Source of the DNA: a virus
DNA: 64,000 bases
Direction: 5' to 3' (one strand)
Virus record (IMG/VR): IMGVR_UViG_2209111000_000009
Span: 8,867 to 72,866 of that record
This document shows positions 18,288 through 27,840 of the stretch, piece after piece. The notes under the pieces are model-generated. The model saw nothing but the letters and a program-made list of their open reading frames with translations. It was not told the DNA's origin and did not search any database. Every line of letters starts with the position of its first letter. Position 1 is the stretch's first letter. The translations under genes were made by a program, and so were the position numbers.

Positions 18288-19013
18288 ATGAACACCGTAA
18301 TCGAATTGACCGTTGTCCGTCTTAAGCCCGCTATCAAACATTTAGGTCTGTCGGTGGTACTCCAAGACCCTCCTTATCATCCCGAGTGTTTGAAGGAGTG
18401 GGAAGTGAGAGATGAGGATGGTTTGATATATGCCTCTATCGGGGTTTTAACAGATGGTCACTATATAACTTTTGCTAATGATTACTCATTGCGAGGTGTC
18501 GGTGAGATTAGTCGTTTCTCTACCCGAGACCGAGTTGACAAGGCTATTGAGGAGGCTTACAACCTAGCCTCAAACCCCCCTAGCAAGCTGGTAGAGCTAG
18601 AGAATGAGTACCTAGCTCTAGAAATTGAGGAAGAGTTGCTGCAAAACAAGGTCAAGGCGGCTACCCAGCAGATAGAGCTTGACAAAAAGCGCCTAAACAT
18701 TATAGGGGGGTTGTGGAAAGGGGATTGGGGACTTAAAAAATCTCTACAAGAAGACATTAAAAAAGAAAAAGTGAGGCTTGAAAACGACCTTTTAGCCCGC
18801 CCGGTATTCCGTGACCGACCACAAGATGAGGAGGACTACAGGGTGTCAAGGGTTACACCTAAATGTGTCTTTTTAAGGAGAGCTGGGGGTTCAGTACAGG
18901 AAGATCGTATTATGAAAGACGGTTCTAACTGGCACTTGTACGGTTTTACGGTCAAAGGTTTTGACTTGGAAGCTACTATCAAACGTTTTGAGGAGGCTAA
19001 AAAGAATGGTTGA
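18288..19013 (+). CDS. hypothetical protein with central coiled coil (241 aa)
   Basis: Long ORF after a promoter-like element. Confidence 0.65.
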   Translation: MNTVIELTVVRLKPAIKHLGLSVVLQDPPYHPECLKEWEVRDEDGLIYASIGVLTDGHYITFANDYSLRGVGEISRFSTRDRVDKAIEEAYNLASNPPSKLVELENEYLALEIEEELLQNKVKAATQQIELDKKRLNIIGGLWKGDWGLKKSLQEDIKKEKVRLENDLLARPVFRDRPQDEEDYRVSRVTPKCVFLRRAGGSVQEDRIMKDGSNWHLYGFTVKGFDLEATIKRFEEAKKNG

Positions 19014-19182
19014 GTTAACGATTGAGCAACAGTTTCGGCTCCGCAGCCTTGAAGCTGAATTAGCCCGTATGACCTCTGAGCAAAAGTCTGATTACATTTT
19101 AGAGCTAGTACGCCAAAGTATGGCTAAAGAATTGCTGTTTAAACAGTTCACTAAAGGGGAGAGCGACTCATGGAAAGTTTAA
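19006..19182 (+). CDS. nblA: phycobilisome degradation protein NblA
   Basis: MVELTIEQQFRLRSLEAELARMTSEQKSDYILELVRQSMAKELLFK fits the NblA pattern LSLEQQF..R.....V..MS.EQ....L..L..Q.M.RE; GAGGAGG RBS. Confidence 0.85.
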   Translation: MVELTIEQQFRLRSLEAELARMTSEQKSDYILELVRQSMAKELLFKQFTKGESDSWKV

Positions 19183-19355
19183 TGCGGTATTACCTCTACT
19201 CGGTTCCGGGATGTCCGCACCCTCACACTCTGAACACTTCCGAGCATCCCGATAGCGTCCGATCACGCTTCTGTTTCGGCGAGTACAATCTAACCCGTGT
19301 ACCATACGAGGTGTATTTGAATCGATTGCGTGAGAATTTTAAGAGGTTCGGTTAG
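19170..19355 (+). CDS. hypothetical protein (61 aa)
   Basis: Overlaps the nblA end; GGGGAG RBS. Confidence 0.55.
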   Translation: MESLMRYYLYSVPGCPHPHTLNTSEHPDSVRSRFCFGEYNLTRVPYEVYLNRLRENFKRFG

Positions 19356-19393
19356 CACTACTAGGCACCCTTAAGCAAGGTGCTATAGTAGGT
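19349..19393 (+). promoter_or_regulatory. 45-bp repeated early promoter-like element, copy 1
   Basis: CGGTTAGCACTACTAGGCACCCTTAAGCAAGGTGCTATAGTAGGT; contains an extended -10 TGCTATAGT and an imperfect inverted repeat. Confidence 0.8.
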
Positions 19394-19420
19394 TTAACAT
19401 TAACAGAAAAGATACAAACA

Positions 19421-19642
19421 ATGAAAACCACTTCAAACCACCACGGATACCAAGTAAAAATTCATACCACTTCAGAGGACTATCAAACAGACCCAGGCGA
19501 GTATCTTTGGAATAAAGGCAAAATATACAAAACTCGTCCAACCGCCTTAAAAGTAATAGGCAATATAGGTTGTGCGCTAGACGCAGGAAAATTAAACATA
19601 CCGGGATATAGACATTGTGAGATAATAGAGTGGTTCGGTTAA
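19421..19642 (+). CDS. hypothetical protein (73 aa)
   Basis: Single gene between two identical 45-bp elements. Confidence 0.6.
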   Translation: MKTTSNHHGYQVKIHTTSEDYQTDPGEYLWNKGKIYKTRPTALKVIGNIGCALDAGKLNIPGYRHCEIIEWFG

Positions 19643-19658
19643 TACTACCAACCTTGGG

Positions 19659-19703
19659 CGGTTAGCACTACTAGGCACCCTTAAGCAAGGTGCTATAGTA
19701 GGT
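19659..19703 (+). promoter_or_regulatory. 45-bp repeated element, copy 2 (identical to copy 1)
   Basis: Exact repeat 310 bp downstream of copy 1. Confidence 0.8.
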
Positions 19704-19732
19704 ACATACAAACGAAAGAGAGCTAAAACAAA

Positions 19733-20197
19733 GTGAAAAAACTACTACTTACAATCGTCCAAGTCAAAGCACTTCCGACCTCCACCGAATACGACACCGC
19801 CGAACTACAACCCTTAGCTGAATCTAGCCTCGCTCTCGGAGGGTTCATCTACCCACCAGTAGTACGCCGAAGCGCCGAAGGATATGAGATCATCAGCGGA
19901 CACCGTGAAGTCGCTGCTGCCCACCTCGCTCGCATCATTGACCCACGAGGTGGTGAAAATATCCCAGTCATGCTAATCGAAGAAGAAATGGAGGAAACCG
20001 CAGCCGTCCAACTAGAGGCACCCACCGCGCCCGCTAAGGCACCCCAAATCATCTCAACCCCTGAGCCGACCGAAGCTACTCCACTGCCCGAAATTAAGCG
20101 TTACTGCCAAGAGCGGGGCATTACCCCAGACGGTAACAAACGTTACAAATCTACATGGCTGGCAGCCGTCCGGGGTATGGCTATCACTACTAAGTGA
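19733..20197 (+). CDS. ParB/Srx-like N-terminal domain plus C-terminal HeH-like motif
   Basis: PPVVRRSAEGYEIISGHREVAAA..DPRGGE; C-terminal LPEIKRYCQERGITPDGNKRYKSTW. Confidence 0.7.
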   Translation: MKKLLLTIVQVKALPTSTEYDTAELQPLAESSLALGGFIYPPVVRRSAEGYEIISGHREVAAAHLARIIDPRGGENIPVMLIEEEMEETAAVQLEAPTAPAKAPQIISTPEPTEATPLPEIKRYCQERGITPDGNKRYKSTWLAAVRGMAITTK

Positions 20198-20372
20198 GGG
20201 CGGTTAACCTTACCACACACCATTCGCGATGGAGGTACAGTAGATGTACCCACTCTGACCAAATTATATAGGTACGGTTACTACTACCTTTTGTGTACGG
20301 TTTTCTCTACTATACAACCAAATTGGGGAGTGTTATTCTATAAATATAGAAACGAACAAAGGAAGTAAAACG

Positions 20373-20708
20373 ATGCACCACTCACTAATTTCAACCGCAC
20401 TCCTCGCCCTTCAAGCCGAAGGAAGCCTGAACTTCAGAACTAAGCTAAAAACAATACCGACCGGATTTCATAAGACTGTAGAAACCGATGAATACCTTCA
20501 TCCGATGGGAAAATACCGCCACACTTTCTATATGGATAGCAAATCACCGACGGGTTATTCGGTACTGGTAGAAGCTACTCACGAACTCCCCGCTCTCCCT
20601 CTTGTTGACCGCCACATCGAATCCTTCGAGGATTTTGAGGAGGAGTATGACAAATACTACGCGGTAGAAGCTACCAAAGCCACCCGCCGACGCCAGCTAG
20701 GTAAATAG
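20373..20708 (+). CDS. hypothetical protein (111 aa)
   Basis: ORF with AGGA upstream. Confidence 0.6.
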   Translation: MHHSLISTALLALQAEGSLNFRTKLKTIPTGFHKTVETDEYLHPMGKYRHTFYMDSKSPTGYSVLVEATHELPALPLVDRHIESFEDFEEEYDKYYAVEATKATRRRQLGK

Positions 20709-20727
20709 CCCACCGGGGCGGGAGGTA

Positions 20728-20772
20728 CGGTTTACTCTACTAAGCACCCTTAAGCAAGGTGCTATAGTAGGT
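20728..20772 (+). promoter_or_regulatory. 45-bp repeated element, copy 3
   Basis: 4 mismatches to copy 1. Confidence 0.8.
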
Positions 20773-20797
20773 TTAACAACCGAGAGAAAAAAAAAAT

Positions 20798-20998
20798 ATG
20801 AAACCCTTTAGCCGACTGACCCGCTACGAAATGAGTAAGATGACCTTAAGAGAGATTGCAGATAGTCAAATCTACGAGATTAACCCAGAACACTTTAAGA
20901 ATTCTTTGGAGTCAACAGCCCCACAGAAGCTTACACCAGGTCACACCTTTGGTACCCCTAGACCGTGGCGACCACTAAAAAAGAGCAAAAGACGTTAA
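20798..20998 (+). CDS. hypothetical protein (66 aa)
   Basis: Follows the repeated element and an A10 run. Confidence 0.55.
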   Translation: MKPFSRLTRYEMSKMTLREIADSQIYEINPEHFKNSLESTAPQKLTPGHTFGTPRPWRPLKKSKRR

Positions 20999-21107
20999 AC
21001 ATCCCGTTTGTACGGTTATCACTATTTACATAGTTCGGTTTACCCTACTACCTAATTATCGCGACGGTGTTATAGTAAACATATACAAGCGATAAAAAAA
21101 AAAAAAA

Positions 21108-21392
21108 ATGTTAAAGACCACACTAACACCCGAAAAAGTCAACACTTTATTAAATCAATTAACTCATATACCTTACCGAGTGGCACTGATACCATCTAAA
21201 GGTAAGTACAACCTAATGAAGGGTACACGACCGGACTACCAAGGCTCTCTCCATCACTGCTTAAAGTACGCTCAAGGTCAAATAGAAATTTTCAACTACT
21301 ATGAGGAAGTTAGAGCTATAGAGAAACTACACTTATTTTGCTATCTACCTCACGTAACCTACCGTACTGAGAGGTCTTACCCGCCAGGTTAA
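21108..21392 (+). CDS. hypothetical protein (94 aa)
   Basis: Follows TGTTATAGT and 14 A immediately before the ATG. Confidence 0.55.
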   Translation: MLKTTLTPEKVNTLLNQLTHIPYRVALIPSKGKYNLMKGTRPDYQGSLHHCLKYAQGQIEIFNYYEEVRAIEKLHLFCYLPHVTYRTERSYPPG

Positions 21393-21450
21393 CTAATTTA
21401 TATATATAGATTTTACTATAGCACCTTATGCGGGTGCTATTGCCGTTTAT

Positions 21451-21465
21451 GGGTATATTAGGGTA
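21451..21465 (+). promoter_or_regulatory. putative late promoter GGGTATATTAGGGTA
   Basis: Identical 15-mer at 27806; sits at the head of the tail operon. Confidence 0.6.
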
Positions 21466-21839
21466 TGGAAGACTCACTAGAGGACTTAATTCGCGAACAG
21501 TGCCGCCCGTTAGCCATCAACCCCCGCATAGAGGTCGAATGGAACGGTAGCTCTTTCACGCGCTCAAACACGTCTAACCTTGAGGCAAAGATACTAGGCA
21601 TCTACAACGTGAGTTTTACACTGTTGTGCAAAACCCGTGATCGTAGGTCGGTGTTTAAGCTAGGACTAAAGGTGCGCGACGCTGTTAACGGGTTACGTCC
21701 TGAGTCGGTTAGCCCTCTAATACCTGCCTTATGCTGCACTAATATGTCTTATACGGGCATAGATGGTGATGAGTTGCACGGGGTCAGTATTACGGTTAAC
21801 ACTCAATTCCCTTATATAAAGGAGCAAACTAAATGTTAA
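21465..21839 (+). CDS. putative tail terminator / tail completion protein
   Basis: Size (124 aa) and position directly before the tail tube gene; position-based call. Confidence 0.45.
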   Translation: MEDSLEDLIREQCRPLAINPRIEVEWNGSSFTRSNTSNLEAKILGIYNVSFTLLCKTRDRRSVFKLGLKVRDAVNGLRPESVSPLIPALCCTNMSYTGIDGDELHGVSITVNTQFPYIKEQTKC

Positions 21840-22576
21840 GTGGAGTGGGCAACTTATGCCTGTTATCTCTTGACTACGGCGATGATAACTTCGCCTTTCC
21901 TCAAGCTTTCGTGGATTTCAACATTAACTCGGATGTTAGTTCCAAAGAAGCCCGAGGCTGGGTTAACGGCAAAAAGCAGGTGCTAGCCTCAGCGATCGAC
22001 AGTGAGAGCTATACCCTTACGTTGGCGATGGAATTCGTCAACTGGCAAATTCTTGCTTGGGCTTTTGACCAACGTCCCCAAAAAGTTACCAATGCGGTAT
22101 TGCCCTATACCAAGTCGGCTATTGCCAATAATAGTGGCGTAGTGACTGACCCGCAGATTAAAGCAGGTACTAAGTTATTTGCCTATGTAGCGGCTAAGGG
22201 GCCTTGGGGGAATGCTCGCCCGTTAAAGAAAACTGAGGTTACTGTATCAGCAGGATCATTTAGTGTTGGTGCTGGTTTTGCTGCGGCTCCTATCACCTAT
22301 CACTTTACTGACACGGTGGCAGAGATTGACTCGATCGGCGCGGTAACAGGCGCTCAAAAGTTTGGCAAGCTAGGGTTTTCCGGTTTGGGCTACGGGCCAG
22401 AGTTCCCTAACGGCATTCTGATTGTAGTACCTGAAATTACTCGTAAGAGTTCGCCGAGCTTTGAGACGGGCGATGTCCCGAAGTTCAGTGTGGAATACGG
22501 GATTAACATTCCGCAAGGCTCTGATTCGCCTTTCCGTTTCTATGACATGAGCAGTATACCACCAGCGGCGGCATAA
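21833..22576 (+). CDS. major tail (tube) protein
   Basis: 247 aa, beta-rich composition, SESYTLTLAME-type segment; position. Confidence 0.6.
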   Translation: MLSGVGNLCLLSLDYGDDNFAFPQAFVDFNINSDVSSKEARGWVNGKKQVLASAIDSESYTLTLAMEFVNWQILAWAFDQRPQKVTNAVLPYTKSAIANNSGVVTDPQIKAGTKLFAYVAAKGPWGNARPLKKTEVTVSAGSFSVGAGFAAAPITYHFTDTVAEIDSIGAVTGAQKFGKLGFSGLGYGPEFPNGILIVVPEITRKSSPSFETGDVPKFSVEYGINIPQGSDSPFRFYDMSSIPPAAA

Positions 22577-22577
22577 T

Positions 22578-23399
22578 ATGGATTATCTGGGACAGTCGGG
22601 GGAAAAAGCGTTAGTTAATGACCGGGGGCGGATACTCCGGTTGCCTTTTGCTGGCGACGGTCAGCCCCCGGAACCCGGAACCCGGATTAACCCTAAGCGA
22701 GATAGCTGCTGTTGTCCTAAAAGTGTAGATTTGATGTCTAAGCAAGAAGACCATAAAAGATCTGACCCTCGCAGAACTTCGGATAAAAATAAAAACGGTA
22801 ATTTAGTCTTTATGGGGATAGATAGCCCTGTTGACCGAGATCTTTGGGTTTCTGAGTTTAAGGGGCATAAAATAAAGCTTCTACTATACCCTCTTGACAC
22901 TATCATTACCCCTCTCCCTACTTATTGGCTCTACTTTGATATCGACAAAAATAAAGTCAATATTGTAGATGTAATGACAAAAGCTACAACCATTTACTTG
23001 TATAGCCGTCGCACTTTTGGGAGTTTAGGTAATCACGACAATAATCTTAATGAAAAAAATGAATTAAAAAGTATAATAAGAAAGTTTTATCAGCCTCAGG
23101 AATATGACCAAATACTTGATAAATTAACTAGATCTCACCCTAGACCTAGAAGTATAAGAATACATTTTAAAGTATTTGATATATGGGACAATTTGATTGC
23201 TGTTGAGCATGATATTAATAAAGAAAAAAAATGGGTAAAGAAATTTAAAGAAATACACCCAAATACTAGGTTATCAAAATATAACCATTATGTAAAAAGT
23301 ATTAACGGAAAAGGAGATGGAAATGGTGTTTTAGAGCCGCTTAAAGATTGGTACAAAAAGCCTGAAGATAAGAGATATAAATATGTCCGCATATATTAA
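22578..23399 (+). CDS. hypothetical protein with AT-rich, K/N-rich C-terminal part
   Basis: Open 273-aa frame with an abrupt compositional shift after about 22780. Confidence 0.55.
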   Translation: MDYLGQSGEKALVNDRGRILRLPFAGDGQPPEPGTRINPKRDSCCCPKSVDLMSKQEDHKRSDPRRTSDKNKNGNLVFMGIDSPVDRDLWVSEFKGHKIKLLLYPLDTIITPLPTYWLYFDIDKNKVNIVDVMTKATTIYLYSRRTFGSLGNHDNNLNEKNELKSIIRKFYQPQEYDQILDKLTRSHPRPRSIRIHFKVFDIWDNLIAVEHDINKEKKWVKKFKEIHPNTRLSKYNHYVKSINGKGDGNGVLEPLKDWYKKPEDKRYKYVRIY

Positions 23400-23916
23400 C
23401 ATCCCCCTCACTAACGGGCGTTGGCTAACTTTGCAGCGCTTACCCGTATTTGCACGGCTTGATTTCTCCTACCACATTAAAGCCGCCTATGAACTTCTAG
23501 CAAAGGATAAACAACAAGACATCAGGGAGTTTTATGTCCGTAATAGTGAGTTTAGGCACCATTGCAATATAGCTCTCGAATTACATCACATACCCCCAGA
23601 CCATATATCAGATGACCAATTTATAGCTTTGCTGTTTGGATCTCCTAAATTTCCCTTTGGAGTCCTTAACCAGTTTAATTTCGATATCACCGAAGCTACC
23701 AAAAACGCTAAGGCACCAGGGAAGGAGACTAAGGGGTCATTGCTGGGGAAACTCTTTAAAGCTACTGGAGACGTATCGGTAGCCCTTAAAATGGCTCAAG
23801 AGCTACCTGTTGATGTTCTAGAGGACTTGTTCGCTGAGATGAAGCCTCAAGATACCAAGGACAAAGAGAAAGCCAGACGAGCTTTATTACAGTATCAAGC
23901 GCATGGAGAAGGCTAA
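23383..23916 (+). CDS. putative tail assembly chaperone
   Basis: Helical 177-aa protein after the tail tube gene; position-based call. Confidence 0.4.
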   Translation: MSAYINIPLTNGRWLTLQRLPVFARLDFSYHIKAAYELLAKDKQQDIREFYVRNSEFRHHCNIALELHHIPPDHISDDQFIALLFGSPKFPFGVLNQFNFDITEATKNAKAPGKETKGSLLGKLFKATGDVSVALKMAQELPVDVLEDLFAEMKPQDTKDKEKARRALLQYQAHGEG

Positions 23917-25293
23917 ATGTTATTTGAAGACTTACCGGAGTTGACCACAACCCCTGTTGATGAAAGCTTGATAATGGTTGGTAGTGAAGGTGAGATATAC
24001 CAGACGGGAAACCTCTTTGAGGAGGTAAACGATGCTGAGATGGTGCGCTTGGTACTTAGCAAAGTAACCCCAAACCAACAGCTAAACAATCATATTGCCG
24101 ACCCCTCTCTCCACAAACCCATAGCCGATACCACGGTGTCGGTAAACAGCACTTGGAGTTCAGAGCGTATCAACACGGCAATAATTGGCTCTAACCCTTG
24201 GTTTAACTTAGATGCTATACCAGAGGGAGCTACAAACCGCTATTATACCGAGGAAAGGGCTAGAGAGGTAGTAGCAGCAACTACGCAAGGCATTCCAATA
24301 CTAGACCACAGGGCGATCGCTACTCAGATAGTATCTGTACTCTTAGGGTTTAACTCTAACACCTTCCGCTATCATAGGGCGAACATTTCAGACTCTACCC
24401 CTGTTATCAGCGTATCAGTGGACGGGGGGACTTCAACTGCTAACTTTTTCGATGTCATTCCGGGTGTAAGGAATATTCAGCTAACACCTGCTAACGCATT
24501 GGGAGAAACTTGGATATGTGATGAGCTAGTACACTCTGTTGTTATTAGCAGCAACGGTTCTCGGCAAGTTACCCCTAAGCTCACATTAGACTCCTTTGTA
24601 GATGGGACAGTAAACAAGCTATGGAACACCGTAAGCTATGCCAATAGCCCATTAGTCCAATCAATTAACAACCATCTAACAGGTGCTACCTTTAGGGACG
24701 TTCACGCACGTATAAATGACGCTTCAAACGGTGCTAATGATACTACTTGGTCATCTAATAAAATTATAAATTTTGTTTCTAGCGAGATAGCCCGCAACCG
24801 GACGGCGATCGGGGCTAACGCCAAAGCGGTGATAATAGGTCACGAGGTGGCAGCATCTGGTCAAAATGCAACAGGTTACACATGGGATACTGCTACTGTC
24901 GGGTCTACTCACACCCATCACATTTCTAGAGTACCTACTAGCTCTGCTTACAACAGTGGCTCCGGGGGCAGCATAAGTTCAAACCTTGTGATACCTCCTG
25001 GTACTTGGATGGTGTATTGGGAAGCGGACATGACCTTAAGATCAGGCTTATTTGCATCGGTAACAGGGCAAACATCATACATTGCTTTAGCTACTACCCC
25101 CCGCACACCAGTATTGACAGCACCGGGGGTCATAACAGTGACAGGTAGTAGCTCAGTTAACTATCGCTTGGTAAGTCGATTCAATACTACCACCCCCTAC
25201 AATGCTAGCTTTCAGAGTACTTGGTTACAGCCTCAGTCAGTAGCAGGAGTTGGGGAACTTTACGCTACAGTACACATTGAGAGGGTAAGGTAA
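23917..25293 (+). CDS. tail fibre-like structural protein
   Basis: Two NNH...D....TWSS.(R/K)I repeats; IPEGATNRYYT motif; T/S-rich beta C-terminus. Confidence 0.55.
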   Translation: MLFEDLPELTTTPVDESLIMVGSEGEIYQTGNLFEEVNDAEMVRLVLSKVTPNQQLNNHIADPSLHKPIADTTVSVNSTWSSERINTAIIGSNPWFNLDAIPEGATNRYYTEERAREVVAATTQGIPILDHRAIATQIVSVLLGFNSNTFRYHRANISDSTPVISVSVDGGTSTANFFDVIPGVRNIQLTPANALGETWICDELVHSVVISSNGSRQVTPKLTLDSFVDGTVNKLWNTVSYANSPLVQSINNHLTGATFRDVHARINDASNGANDTTWSSNKIINFVSSEIARNRTAIGANAKAVIIGHEVAASGQNATGYTWDTATVGSTHTHHISRVPTSSAYNSGSGGSISSNLVIPPGTWMVYWEADMTLRSGLFASVTGQTSYIALATTPRTPVLTAPGVITVTGSSSVNYRLVSRFNTTTPYNASFQSTWLQPQSVAGVGELYATVHIERVR

Positions 25294-26435
25294 TGGACAG
25301 GATACTAGCTTTCCACCCAGGTTTATCAACATTGTTTAGGCAGAGGGTTACTACCTTACCACTCCAAACTCCTAGCAGTATTTTCGACCCAAGCCGTTTA
25401 ACAAATCACTTAGCTACTGACCACCCTAACCAACCCCTTGTTAGTAGCGCTTTGATAAGCGAGGCGATTCTTAGCGGGCAAAAAGCCAAAGGATTTAATA
25501 GCGATAGAGTGAGAGGTCGTTTCCTGGGGGACTTTACCCCTCAAGCGCCTATTAAAGGGTTAAACTATCCTACTGTAGGGGCGGCGTGGAATTTCTTTGA
25601 GAATAAGATAACTAGCTTTTTCCTGGTTGCCTCGTCGGTTCCCTTGCGCTTCCTCAGTCCCACAGGTAAAGCTTTTGTTAGCTTGAATTACGGTAGCTCC
25701 TTCCCCAACCAAACTTTAACACCTGTTGAAAGCTTAGAGTTTGGCAAACTTGGGCAGAAGTACAGAGTCGTACAGCCCACGCAATTTAACACGGGAGGGG
25801 TGATAACGGCCCCTCAGTTACTCACTCAAGGTTTTGTGCAAATCAGACCTAACGTTTTTGAGGCGGACATTAAAGATGTGCCTAACTTCGGCGTAGCTAA
25901 TACATTAATCAACTCATCACTCTTTGCAACGGTAAGGGAGTTCACCTTATCCAGTGATATCTTCCCTCCTGGAGAGGTTGGATTTTTTAACGAGGCTGAG
26001 TTTACTGCCAACCCTTTGATACCCTCGGTAGTAGACCACATCAATACCTACCCTCACCACGGCATTAGAGATGAGATACTGTCTAACACTACCTGTATGT
26101 CTACCTTTTGGTTGCAAGGTCGGTACACTAACAACGTGCAGCAACAGGGGTATGGGGGGGATACATGGTTTAACGGTGATGGTTCCAACAATTCACACCC
26201 GATCGAACCCGTATTACCGGGAACAGTCATCTACTGGGTGGCCTACTACAACGGTGAGGAGTCAGGTAAGAGGGTGAGACACCCCAATGGAAGCATACTA
26301 GCGGCACCTGTTAATGGCAAAAAACGTATTCGTTGCGCTTTCACTTTACCCGTTGAACTCACCCCCCTTGCCGACCAAGGGGTAGTTCTGCGACGGTGTA
26401 ATCCTACCCTAGGCTACCGCCCGGGGTTAGCCTAG
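25293..26435 (+). CDS. putative structural protein (380 aa)
   Basis: TAATG coupling inside the tail operon. Confidence 0.5.
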   Translation: MDRILAFHPGLSTLFRQRVTTLPLQTPSSIFDPSRLTNHLATDHPNQPLVSSALISEAILSGQKAKGFNSDRVRGRFLGDFTPQAPIKGLNYPTVGAAWNFFENKITSFFLVASSVPLRFLSPTGKAFVSLNYGSSFPNQTLTPVESLEFGKLGQKYRVVQPTQFNTGGVITAPQLLTQGFVQIRPNVFEADIKDVPNFGVANTLINSSLFATVREFTLSSDIFPPGEVGFFNEAEFTANPLIPSVVDHINTYPHHGIRDEILSNTTCMSTFWLQGRYTNNVQQQGYGGDTWFNGDGSNNSHPIEPVLPGTVIYWVAYYNGEESGKRVRHPNGSILAAPVNGKKRIRCAFTLPVELTPLADQGVVLRRCNPTLGYRPGLA

Positions 26436-26773
26436 CTTTTACCTTCAGCGTAATTTTGCAACCACTCCCTTAGTACCTCTGCCCTTGGTTGACCTATGAA
26501 CTTGTTACCTGTGCGCCTTTGTACTTCCGCAGCGTAAGGGCAGTCTACTACCGTGGTGTTTTGTACCGCCTTGATAGACTTTAAGAGGTTTCCTGACTCA
26601 AATAGCGGCTTACCCCCCCGCTTGTCCGGAGGCATAGCGCTGCCATCTATATTGGTGGCTGTGCGGATATTATTACGAGCGTGTTCCGCCATGCTACGTG
26701 CTAGGTAGCTTAAGAACTGGGGCTTCTGGTACTTCTTCAGGAGTTGTACCTGTGTTGTCGGTTTGCTTGTCAT
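26432..26773 (-). CDS. Mu gpG-like virion morphogenesis / tail completion protein (start uncertain)
   Basis: IDGSAMPP...PLFESGNLLKSI...PYAAEVQ pattern. Confidence 0.65.
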   Translation of the reverse strand: MTSKPTTQVQLLKKYQKPQFLSYLARSMAEHARNNIRTATNIDGSAMPPDKRGGKPLFESGNLLKSIKAVQNTTVVDCPYAAEVQRRTGNKFIGQPRAEVLREWLQNYAEGKS

Positions 26774-27764
26774 AACTTAGCTCTAGCGGTTCCTCCCCCG
26801 GAAAGTTTAACTCACCAATCCACTTGGCGATCGTGTCAGAAATAGTCTGTGATATCAGTCCACCTAGCAGGTATGCTCTAGTACCACGTAAATCACTCGA
26901 TACCTCGTCTTGAGTGGCAGTACCCCCTACGTGCTGTCTACCCGCTGTACCTTCACCCATTATTAACAGGGCTATGTCTTGGCTAACTTGGGAGTACAGG
27001 TCAGCTTGAGTAGTGCCTGTCTCAGGAGGGTTGATGTATGTAACGTCAAAACCTACTGGAAGAGTTACGGCCCTTGCAGAGCCTAGGGCATTTATAAACC
27101 CGTTAAACGCCTTGACCTCCTCATCCGCAGCACCAGCAGGGAAATGACCCACTCTTGTAGGTTCTGCGTAGGTGCTGCTGGACTTTGCCCAGTCCTCAAG
27201 CGCCCGCCCTCTAGCTTGCACTAATGGGTATAAACACTCCCCTAGACCATTGCCGTAGGGGTCTGAGTTAGGTATCGCCCAGTAATGAGCAATTATGAAC
27301 TGCCGAGGAAAGTCCTCAATCTTATGCTCTCTGTCACGCGCCCAAATAACAGGGTAGTGACCGTCTAGCGCGTTATCCCACTTATAAATTAGAAACTCTC
27401 CTGGGCGCGGTAAGAACTTGGTAGGTACTAACTGACCTTTCACATCCCCCCACAGTAGCTCATTGACTGAGCGCCCGGTTATCAGAGTGGCGGCGATCGT
27501 CATAGCCACCCTAATGTAACCCAAGCGCTTAAGCGTATCAGTAACGGTTTTAAGGTAATTAGGGTTAAAAGATTTATTGGAAGGTACTAATGGGTGTTTC
27601 AAAACCTCACATAGCAACCCTGTTAAACACTCCACTACCCGAGGGTCATAAAGTACCCCCTCTATAAGTTGGTATGACAAACCACGGGTTAAAGAGGGCT
27701 GGACATAACCAGGGTAATGAGGGTAGGCTACCTCGGTTTTAGGAAAGGTTTTTTTATCAACCAT
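26694..27764 (-). CDS. portal protein, Mu gp29/DUF935-like
   Basis: DPYGNGLGECLYP, LEDWAK..TYAEPTRVGHFPAGA, ALGSARAVTLPVGFDV. Confidence 0.8.
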   Translation of the reverse strand: MVDKKTFPKTEVAYPHYPGYVQPSLTRGLSYQLIEGVLYDPRVVECLTGLLCEVLKHPLVPSNKSFNPNYLKTVTDTLKRLGYIRVAMTIAATLITGRSVNELLWGDVKGQLVPTKFLPRPGEFLIYKWDNALDGHYPVIWARDREHKIEDFPRQFIIAHYWAIPNSDPYGNGLGECLYPLVQARGRALEDWAKSSSTYAEPTRVGHFPAGAADEEVKAFNGFINALGSARAVTLPVGFDVTYINPPETGTTQADLYSQVSQDIALLIMGEGTAGRQHVGGTATQDEVSSDLRGTRAYLLGGLISQTISDTIAKWIGELNFPGEEPLELSYDKQTDNTGTTPEEVPEAPVLKLPST

Positions 27765-27805
27765 ATCACTTAATATAAGACTCTCTCACTAAGAGTACCC
27801 CCGCT

Positions 27806-27820
27806 GGGTATATTAGGGTA
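27806..27820 (+). promoter_or_regulatory. putative late promoter GGGTATATTAGGGTA
   Basis: Identical to 21451..21465; heads the capsid operon. Confidence 0.6.
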
Positions 27821-27840
27821 GAGCAAACCTTAGCCCCAGT

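Noticed and set aside
19349-19703. Repeated element as integron attC sites
   Set aside because: It lacks the RYYYAAC...GTTRRRY end arrangement, and no tyrosine integrase was seen in the window.
19349-20772. 45-bp direct repeats as a CRISPR array
   Set aside because: The spacers are 265-1000 bp and contain whole genes, the copies are dispersed in both orientations, and no cas genes are present.
23383-25293. Programmed frameshift of the tail assembly chaperone
   Set aside because: No convincing XXXYYYZ slippery site was identified near the gene end, and the next gene has its own ATG immediately after the stop.
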